From assembly GCA_027624795.1 (NCBI GenBank), contig JAQBTX010000001.1, positions 27,170-91,169 on the forward strand: a DNA stretch of 64,000 nt, in the 5' to 3' direction. The notes beneath the pieces are model-generated. The model was not told the DNA's origin and ran no database searches. It saw nothing but the letters and a program-made list of their open reading frames with translations. Positions within the stretch are counted from its first letter, which is position 1. The number at the start of each line of letters is the position of its first letter. The translations under genes and the position numbers were made by a program. Below are positions 36,282 through 43,294 of this stretch, piece after piece. The stretch is from a bacterium. Its GTDB lineage: Bacteria > Patescibacteriota > Microgenomatia > UBA1406 > GWC2-37-13.

Positions 36282-37393
36282 ATAAAGCAGTCATCATATT
36301 GCCAACGTACAATGAGGTGAACAATGTTACTTCACTGATTCATGACATAGTTACTGTTGTTAAAGGAGTAACGAAATGGAACATTCAGATCCTTGTGGTA
36401 GATAGTTCTTCACCAGATGGAACAGCACGAGAAATAACAAAACTACAAAAACAATATAAACAGCTTCATTTATTGGAAACACCAAAAGAGGGTTTAGGGA
36501 AAGCGTATGTTCATGGATTCAGGTATGCAATAGATAAACTTGGCGCAGATGTGGTGTTTGAGATGGATGCAGATCGTTCGCATGACTCTAAAGAGATTCC
36601 TCATTTTTTAAGCCAAATTGAACATGGCGCTGATTTTGTCATAGGATCGCGCTATATTGCAGGCGGTTCAATTCCAGATGATTGGGGAATTCACCGAAAA
36701 ATATTTTCTATAGTAGCCAACTTGTTTATTCGGATTGGTTTTATGAAGCTCAAAATTACAGACTGGACCAGTGGATACCGCGTAATTAAAAAATGGGTTA
36801 TCCAAAAAAATCTTGAGAATATCAATTCCTATACGGGTTATGTGTTTCAAATGGCACTTATAGATAACGCACTCAAGAGCGGTGCTCATATTCGTGAAAT
36901 ACCAATAAAATTTATTGATCGTACTGAAGGCATTTCAAAGATAAACTCTGGTCAATACATTGCAGATATTTTCTTTTATATTCTACGCAACTCATCATTT
37001 ATAAAATTTTGCATCGTTGGGGGTACTGGATTCCTAGTCGATTTTGGTGTTTCTTACTTGCTTATCGAAATACTTACCAATAACGTGGTATTTTCGACTG
37101 TTTTAAGTGCCGAACTTGCCATCATGTCTAATTTTGTTTTGAATAACTATTGGAGTTTTGCGCATAAAAAAATTGAGAATGCGAATGAGCATATATTCTG
37201 GAGCTTTATTAAATTCAATATGGTAGCTTCGGGATCTATTGGAATTCAAGCTCTTGGTATGTTTCTTGCTACAAGTTTACTCGGAGAAACCTATTGGTAT
37301 GTATATAAAGTTTTGATCATAACACTCGTCATCATTCCCTATTCATATATCCTTTACAATAGATATATTTGGAAAGAACATAAGTTAGTTTAG
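36278..37393 (+). CDS. GT2 polyprenyl-phosphate glycosyltransferase (DPM1/ArnC-like) fused to a GtrA-like membrane domain
   Basis: N-terminus IILPTYNE...VVDSSSPDGT...MDADRSHD. C-terminal 4-TM GtrA-like domain (FIKFCIVGGTGFLVDF...). ATGA overlap with the upstream gene. Confidence 0.85.
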   Translation: MNKAVIILPTYNEVNNVTSLIHDIVTVVKGVTKWNIQILVVDSSSPDGTAREITKLQKQYKQLHLLETPKEGLGKAYVHGFRYAIDKLGADVVFEMDADRSHDSKEIPHFLSQIEHGADFVIGSRYIAGGSIPDDWGIHRKIFSIVANLFIRIGFMKLKITDWTSGYRVIKKWVIQKNLENINSYTGYVFQMALIDNALKSGAHIREIPIKFIDRTEGISKINSGQYIADIFFYILRNSSFIKFCIVGGTGFLVDFGVSYLLIEILTNNVVFSTVLSAELAIMSNFVLNNYWSFAHKKIENANEHIFWSFIKFNMVASGSIGIQALGMFLATSLLGETYWYVYKVLIITLVIIPYSYILYNRYIWKEHKLV

Positions 37394-38260
37394 TTCTACA
37401 TAGTCTCCATGAACCCAACCATTCTCTTCATTTTCTAAGAGAATTTTGTACCACCCGTCATCTTCTTCTGCATAAACATATTCCTCTCCTGGCTTTACTT
37501 CACTCACTTTATTACCCGATACCGATGGTTCTGCTCGCACATTCAAAAATCCTGTTGGAGTATCTAGTATCATGAGTGTTTTAGTCTCTATCTCCTCCTC
37601 TTTATTTAGATCTGCTTCTTTTGTAGCTTCTATTGCTGCTTTTTCTAGTTCTTCTTCGAGCGTTTTATGAGATTTATCAAGTGCCATTTTTATGGACGCT
37701 TGAACCCTGTACCCTTTTTTATCGATTTGGATCTTTTTTGTTCTTCTAAAAAAGCCAGGCAAATAGACAGCAAGTTCATGTTCTCCCACTGGTACATCTT
37801 GGAGAATAAGTGGAGTAACTCCTTTTTCTTCGTTATTGAGAAATACAATTGCTCCAGGCGGATCGGTAACCAGTTCGATTTCACCTGTTTCCCCCTTGGG
37901 CTTACTATCTATTTTTACTACACTAAGTATTTCTCCTGCTGAGGTAAGATCTGATGTACCCATTTCTCTACTAATATAGGTAAGTGTATGCGCATAAATC
38001 GAAACCTTTCCCTCCCAGGCAATACTTTCAGATCCTTCACCTTCGGGAATAAGTCGAATGGAATATTCGCCTGGTTTGAGTCGATCTTCAAAGGGAGTCT
38101 TCCCTACCCCAACATCGTTTATAAACACGCCAGCAGTAGGCGAAGAGAGTATTTTTATTCTTCCGGTAGCTCCTGGGTTATCAAAGATAAAAAACCGTGC
38201 AAGAATTGCAATAGTAAATATGCTCACCAGAGCAGCAAGAACAATCAATTTTCGTTTCAT
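37385..38260 (-). CDS. Membrane-anchored PEGA-repeat protein with C-terminal SH3b domain
   Basis: N-terminal TM. Two PEGA-like units (SSPTAGVFINDVGVGKTP; TDPPGAIVFLNNEEKGVTP). C-terminus LNVRAEPSVSGNKVSEVKPGEEY...DGWYKI. Confidence 0.75.
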   Translation of the reverse strand: MKRKLIVLAALVSIFTIAILARFFIFDNPGATGRIKILSSPTAGVFINDVGVGKTPFEDRLKPGEYSIRLIPEGEGSESIAWEGKVSIYAHTLTYISREMGTSDLTSAGEILSVVKIDSKPKGETGEIELVTDPPGAIVFLNNEEKGVTPLILQDVPVGEHELAVYLPGFFRRTKKIQIDKKGYRVQASIKMALDKSHKTLEEELEKAAIEATKEADLNKEEEIETKTLMILDTPTGFLNVRAEPSVSGNKVSEVKPGEEYVYAEEDDGWYKILLENEENGWVHGDYVELN

Positions 38261-38332
38261 AGCGTGTATCTATTTTAGCACTTTAGCCTCAGAATGCAAC
38301 ATTCTACTTGAGAATAATTCTCCATTTTCTAC

Positions 38333-38361
38333 TTGACAAATATACATTTTTTGTATATTAT
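38333..38361 (+). promoter_or_regulatory. Consensus sigma70-like promoter of the aaRS-like gene
   Basis: TTGACA (38333-38), exactly 17 nt, then TATTAT (38356-61). The -35 box is overlapped by the second copy of the direct repeat TTCTACTTGA (38302-11 and 38327-36). Confidence 0.6.
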
Positions 38362-38431
38362 GCTTTGAATATTTAAAATATTAATAGTTTTTAAGTAAAA
38401 ATATTCATTTTTTAATAAATTTACTCGTCAA

Positions 38432-39544
38432 ATGAAGAAAATTAACTTATCAATAAAAAATACTGTAGTTCCTATCGACTTTAACACTCATTTTAAAAAT
38501 CTCGCACATATTGCTGATTCTTTAAATCATGGCGCATCAAAACATTATAAGAAAATGGGGCTCACCTATGTCGATGTTCCAGAAATTGTTGGGATTACTG
38601 GTGCGTGTGAAAACGTAGACACCCTATTTGTCATACAAAACAGAAATGGCATTCCCCTTTTTTTTGCACAAACTGGGCAACTTTCACTTGAACAGATACT
38701 ACAGACACTACCTGGTGCATATACCGTCATTCATTCTGGTCGCGATGAGGAATATGAGGACGCGCGACATTTACGACAATTTAGACTCACTGAAGAGGAA
38801 TTCGATTGCACTCTCGTAAATATGAATCGAGACAATTATGATGAGGAGAAGATGTTTCAAGCACTGCTCAACCATATACAATGTGCAGTACAGGCAATGA
38901 TCTATGAAGTGATCCAAGACCATCAATCCTTATTGGAAAATACGTATCATAGAGATATAGAAGTCCTACACTACACCTCCTCACATGATTTTCAACAAAT
39001 ATCGTATGGGGATGCAGTTGAACTCCTAAATGATAATGGATTTCCAAAAGTACAATTCGGTGATGATCTAAAATCTGAACATGAAGCATGTGTGATAGAA
39101 GTATTAAACAAAGGAGAAACGGAATTACCAGTGTTTATTACCAAGTATCCAAAAGATATTAAATTTTTTAATATGAAGGTTTCAGAAAAAGATCCACGAG
39201 TGGTTCTTTCTGCTGATCTTATTCTTCCCTATGCCGGAGAAGCCACCGGTTCTGCAGTACGTGAACATGATTTCAAAAAACTTGATGAACGACTCACAAA
39301 TTCTACTATGTTTAAACTCCATACTCAAAGAGGGGGAACCTATGATGATTTTAAATGGTATTTGGATATTATTAAAAGCAAAAAAACCAATCCTCATGCA
39401 GGATATGGCATAGGTAATGAACGGGTACTCCAATATATCTTTGGAGAAAAAGATATTAGAAACGTATCGTTATTTTCACTGTTAAACAATCAAACCGGAG
39501 ATTGGGATAAGTCGAAACAGGGAAATAACAAGTTTGTAAAATAA
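38432..39544 (+). CDS. Class IIb aminoacyl-tRNA-synthetase catalytic-core paralog (AsnRS/AspRS-like) lacking the anticodon-binding domain
   Basis: Motif 2 GRDEEYEDARHLRQFRLTEEEF. YPKDIKFFNM. GEATGSAVRE. Motif 3 PHAGYGIGNERVLQYIFGEKDIRNV. Only about 25 aa precede the motif-1 region, so there is no OB fold. Confidence 0.8.
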   Translation: MKKINLSIKNTVVPIDFNTHFKNLAHIADSLNHGASKHYKKMGLTYVDVPEIVGITGACENVDTLFVIQNRNGIPLFFAQTGQLSLEQILQTLPGAYTVIHSGRDEEYEDARHLRQFRLTEEEFDCTLVNMNRDNYDEEKMFQALLNHIQCAVQAMIYEVIQDHQSLLENTYHRDIEVLHYTSSHDFQQISYGDAVELLNDNGFPKVQFGDDLKSEHEACVIEVLNKGETELPVFITKYPKDIKFFNMKVSEKDPRVVLSADLILPYAGEATGSAVREHDFKKLDERLTNSTMFKLHTQRGGTYDDFKWYLDIIKSKKTNPHAGYGIGNERVLQYIFGEKDIRNVSLFSLLNNQTGDWDKSKQGNNKFVK

Positions 39545-39552
39545 ATATACAG

Positions 39553-39581
39553 TTGCATAAATGTATAATTATGATTATAAT
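39553..39581 (+). promoter_or_regulatory. Consensus sigma70-like promoter of a micro-transcript
   Basis: TTGCAT (39553-58), exactly 17 nt, then TATAAT (39576-81). Confidence 0.6.
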
Positions 39582-39587
39582 ACCAAC

Positions 39588-39714
39588 AATGATCACATTA
39601 CTTACACTCACCAGCATCGTTTCACGACGAACCAACGGGGGAGTAAGTTTTGTGATATAACAATCACAGAAACAAGACAATCCCCTGCCCATAAAACGGC
39701 GGGGGATTTTTTTT
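39588..39714 (+). ncRNA. Roughly 125-nt promoter-to-terminator unit: sRNA, leaderless 23-codon micro-ORF (39589-39660) or attenuator leader
   Basis: ATG lies 7 nt after the -10 box. The ORF is MITLLTLTSIVSRRTNGGVSFVI. Hairpin at 39647-39673, followed by a strong intrinsic terminator. Confidence 0.45.
39680..39714 (+). terminator. Rho-independent terminator
   Basis: ATCCCCTGCC-cataaaac-GGCGGGGGAT forms a 10-bp stem with one G-U pair, followed by a run of 7 T. Confidence 0.8.
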
Positions 39715-39735
39715 GGTTAAAAATTACTAGCACTT

Positions 39736-40254
39736 ATGATAGATATACTAATATCAAGTACGCATAAATCAAAAACGCCAGCACTGGATGCAAACGATAT
39801 TTGGGTGGTTTTAATGGATGATCCGACATTTGCATCAACGTACGAAAGAGAAACTCAAGCTCATAAACCATTTGTAGATGCTCTTCCTGAGCTTTTCAAG
39901 GAAGAGATGAATAAATATGTTGGCGCTGCTCTCCTAATGCAGCTCAGATCCAAATATCTATCCTATTGTCTTCAGAATGATTATGTTGGAACAGTACTTG
40001 GAGGAAGATTTAAGGGTGCCTTTCAAAAAGAATTGGAAAAAGCAACAATACTCTATAGTAGTTCTGCCAGATTTGTTGATGAATCAATAAAAAAACAAAA
40101 TAAAACCGATATCGAATGGTTGATGCACTTTTGTTTAAGTCCAGCATCTCTCACGATGCATTCAGAAGGAATACTTACAGTAAGACAGTTACTTTTGACC
40201 CAACCAATGGCAATCATAAGTACGCCACCTCAAACAGTTTTATCCACGTATTAA
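39736..40254 (+). CDS. Hypothetical protein (172 aa), no recognisable family
   Basis: Uninterrupted ORF ending 5 nt before the GNAT start. No motifs recognised by eye and the start is uncertain. Confidence 0.5.
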   Translation: MIDILISSTHKSKTPALDANDIWVVLMDDPTFASTYERETQAHKPFVDALPELFKEEMNKYVGAALLMQLRSKYLSYCLQNDYVGTVLGGRFKGAFQKELEKATILYSSSARFVDESIKKQNKTDIEWLMHFCLSPASLTMHSEGILTVRQLLLTQPMAIISTPPQTVLSTY

Positions 40255-40259
40255 GTACT

Positions 40260-40865
40260 ATGGAAAATTTATCAACATATATGGTCGAGACTGAACTAAA
40301 TTCACTTATTCTTCTTAAAAACGATGCCTTTACTGCTCGTGTAGCAACAGAGGGCGATACTTTGTGGACAAATACAATAAGTAATTGGATTAGTAATGCG
40401 GGACCCCAGAAAATGATACCTAAAGATATCAGTACTATTGCTAGATACTTTAGAGACCAAGACTCCGTACTTGTTTTTAGTAATGAAGGCCTACTCGTAG
40501 GACATATTGCGTTTACGTATAGATATGGTGTGGGAAATGAACGTGTAGAAATAGGTTCTTTGTGTATCAATCCGGAATTTGGAGGTAAAGGGATAGCGAC
40601 TATGGCAGTTCAAGGCATTATACGCTACGCTGCTTTAACATTTGATGTAGATACAAATATATTTGCTATGTGCAACCAAGAAAGCCTACATATATTTGTT
40701 AATAAAGTAGGAGGGATAATTGTCCCTTGTGAAAAAACAGATAATGAAGTGTACAATCATTGTGAGCTCTGCCCACGTGCAGCAGGTGCGTCGACATCCG
40801 CACCTCCTTGTCGCCATACCCATGTAGACCTTACACGAGTAGTTGCATCGCTTCGAGAGGTATAA
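40260..40865 (+). CDS. GNAT-family N-acetyltransferase with C-terminal Cys/His-rich tail
   Basis: Acetyl-CoA motif A IGSLCINPEFGGKGIATMAVQ. Tail CEKTDNEVYNHCELCPRAAGASTSAPPCRHTH. ATG 40260 chosen; the track start at 40116 overlaps the upstream ORF. Confidence 0.78.
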   Translation: MENLSTYMVETELNSLILLKNDAFTARVATEGDTLWTNTISNWISNAGPQKMIPKDISTIARYFRDQDSVLVFSNEGLLVGHIAFTYRYGVGNERVEIGSLCINPEFGGKGIATMAVQGIIRYAALTFDVDTNIFAMCNQESLHIFVNKVGGIIVPCEKTDNEVYNHCELCPRAAGASTSAPPCRHTHVDLTRVVASLREV

Positions 40866-40892
40866 TGCTTTATTATTTGTTATCATATCACC

Positions 40893-42665
40893 ATGCTGAA
40901 AGACAAAATTCACATCATCATAGCTCAAGCTTTAGAGGAACTCAACCTTCCTTCAGACAAGCTTGCCATTTCTCCGCCCAACAATGAAAATTTTGGAGAT
41001 TATGCCACGAACATAGCCCTTCAACTGGCAAAGAGTGAAAAGAAAAACCCCATGGTACTGGCACAACATATAGTTGATGCAATCAAGACTGGTGATGTGA
41101 TAGAAAAAGCAGAGGTTATGAATCCAGGATTTATAAATATTCATATTGGTAAAAATAAACTGATCGAAAATCTCTCTCAAATTGCTATCAATAAGATTGA
41201 AATTCCTCAAGTAAATAGCGGTAAGAAAATTATTGTAGAATATTCAAATCCCAATATTGCAAAACCATTTACAGTTGGACATCTACGCTCAACTATTATC
41301 GGTGATACTATCGCAAACCTTTTTGAGTCAACTGGGGCGACTATTTACCGCGATAATCATCTTGGCGACTGGGGCACACAGTTTGGGAAATTAATTTATG
41401 CTATAAAAGAGTGGGGAAATGAAGAAGAGATAAAAGGTGCTGAAAACCCCGTTAAGATACTGGTTGAATTATATGTCAAATTTCATACTGAAGCAGAAAA
41501 AAATCCTGATTTAGAAATAGAAGGAAGAAAATGGTTTAAAAAACTGGAGGATGGAGATGAAGAAGTTCGACGGTTATGGAAACAATCGATTGAATGGTCT
41601 TGGACTGAATTCGACAGATTATACAAACAACTTGGTATAAAAACAGAGGATTTTGAAAATAATGGCCGCGGATATGGAGAATCGTATTTTGAAGATAAAA
41701 TGGATCCGATCATAAAAGAGTTAAAAGATAAAAAAATATTACAAGAAAGCAAAGGGGCATGGCTTGTATTTTTCCCCGATGAAAAATTTCCTCCCATGAT
41801 GCTCGTGAAACAAGATGGCGCTACATTGTATGCGACGAGAGATCTCGCGACAGATAAATTCAGATTAAATAAATATGGAAAAGACGTGATCATTATTAAT
41901 GAAGTTGGAGCTGAACAATCATTATATTTTCAACAACTTTATGAAGTAGAAAAAATGGCCGGATGGGTAACGGATGGTCAGCGTATTCATATCAAGCATG
42001 GCATGTTTAGATTTAAAGACTCCAAAATGTCTACAAGGAAAGGGAATACCATATGGCTTGAAGATGTATTGGAAGAAGCCATAAAGAGAGCGCATGAAAT
42101 TGCAATGGAAGTTGGAATAAAAGAACAAGGTGATATATCAATGATTAAGAGTAGTCATATTATTGGGGGAGAATCTAAACGTGAAGAAGTTACATATAAA
42201 ATCGCAATCGGAGCTCTTAAATGGAATGACTTAAAGCGGAGCGCTCATATGGATATTGTTTTTGATTGGGATGAGCTTCTTAATATGCAAGGAAACTCCG
42301 GACCTTATGTTCAATATACCTATGTCCGTTGTAAGTCTGTGTTGGGTAAAGCAGATAATCCTGTCATTCCCGACCCCGATCGGGAATCCAGAGAAATAAA
42401 TGAAGAGGAGTTAAGCTTGATAAGATCACTTTCTAAATATCCCGAAACTATACTTGAATCTACACAGAATTTTGCTCCAAATTACTTGTGTTTATATTTA
42501 TATGACTTGTCACAAAAATATAATCTGTTTTATCAAAAACACAAGATTCTAAAAGCGGAAGACGATGAGATTATACAAATGAGACTTACCATAACGAAAG
42601 CTGTAGCAAATGTGCTCAGTCACGGTCTTACCCTACTGGGAATAGAGACGGTTGAAAAGATGTAA
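40893..42665 (+). CDS. argS: Arginyl-tRNA synthetase
   Basis: 590 aa. NPNIAKPFTVGHLRS (HIGH-like). Class I core. C-terminal DALR anticodon-binding domain (LSLIRSLSKYPE...APNYLCLYLYDL). Confidence 0.93.
   Translation: MLKDKIHIIIAQALEELNLPSDKLAISPPNNENFGDYATNIALQLAKSEKKNPMVLAQHIVDAIKTGDVIEKAEVMNPGFINIHIGKNKLIENLSQIAINKIEIPQVNSGKKIIVEYSNPNIAKPFTVGHLRSTIIGDTIANLFESTGATIYRDNHLGDWGTQFGKLIYAIKEWGNEEEIKGAENPVKILVELYVKFHTEAEKNPDLEIEGRKWFKKLEDGDEEVRRLWKQSIEWSWTEFDRLYKQLGIKTEDFENNGRGYGESYFEDKMDPIIKELKDKKILQESKGAWLVFFPDEKFPPMMLVKQDGATLYATRDLATDKFRLNKYGKDVIIINEVGAEQSLYFQQLYEVEKMAGWVTDGQRIHIKHGMFRFKDSKMSTRKGNTIWLEDVLEEAIKRAHEIAMEVGIKEQGDISMIKSSHIIGGESKREEVTYKIAIGALKWNDLKRSAHMDIVFDWDELLNMQGNSGPYVQYTYVRCKSVLGKADNPVIPDPDRESREINEEELSLIRSLSKYPETILESTQNFAPNYLCLYLYDLSQKYNLFYQKHKILKAEDDEIIQMRLTITKAVANVLSHGLTLLGIETVEKM
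42362..42389 (+). repeat. Hairpin-element copy D (perfect 8-bp stem), in frame in argS
   Basis: TGTCATTCCCGAccccgaTCGGGAATCC: stem ATTCCCGA/TCGGGAAT. Translated as VIPDPDRES in the variable linker before the DALR domain. Confidence 0.75.
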
Positions 42666-42670
42666 TCTAT

Positions 42671-43243
42671 TTACGCGCTCTTGGTTGGACTTGGGGTTGG
42701 TGTTTCTGTACCAGATGCATTAGATTCTGCTGTTGTATCGGATGACTCCTCGGTAATTGAAGTAGATTCACCCAGTGCTTCTCCATCTGCATCAAGGCTT
42801 CCTACGACAACAACTACATCGGTTTCTGCATCTTCATCAAGCTCTTCAACTTTCGACTGAACATCATATTTCTCCTTTAATACTTTTTTTATCTCATCAA
42901 GCCAATCTTTACTGACATCTGCTTTAGCTTGTATAACTGTTTCTTCATAATCGTAATTATCTGCATTTCCTGTTGATTTTACTTCATAATCATTATCGGC
43001 AAGAAGCTCCTCAACAATGCCCGCTTGTCCAGCTATACCACTTCCATTTTGCACTTCAATACTATAATCTCCCGGTTTCATGCTTTTTTCTGGAGTTGGG
43101 GTCGGCTTTTCTTCAGTGTCAGATAATGCAACTTCAGTATCTGCAGGTGGATTTGCTAATTTATCTTGAACTGACTGATAGTACATAAACCCACCAACGG
43201 CAATGATAGCTACTATAAGTACACCAATTATGATCTTTAACAT
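42671..43243 (-). CDS. Membrane-anchored LytR_C (LytR/CpsA/Psr C-terminal) domain protein
   Basis: N-terminal TM. IEVQNGSGIAGQAGIVEELL...GNADNYDYEETVI. Acidic/Ser-Thr-rich tail. Confidence 0.7.
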   Translation of the reverse strand: MLKIIIGVLIVAIIAVGGFMYYQSVQDKLANPPADTEVALSDTEEKPTPTPEKSMKPGDYSIEVQNGSGIAGQAGIVEELLADNDYEVKSTGNADNYDYEETVIQAKADVSKDWLDEIKKVLKEKYDVQSKVEELDEDAETDVVVVVGSLDADGEALGESTSITEESSDTTAESNASGTETPTPSPTKSA

Positions 43244-43294
43244 ATATAAATTTTAAATAGTAATTTCAAGTAATCCATTATAGGACAAGTTTTG

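Noticed and set aside
39561-39767. 68-aa ORF in the track (MYNYDYNTNNDHITYTHQ...).
   Set aside because: It starts inside the predicted promoter spacer, reads straight through the strong intrinsic terminator (39680-39714) and has a low-complexity composition. The 23-codon ORF or RNA interpretation fits the signals better.
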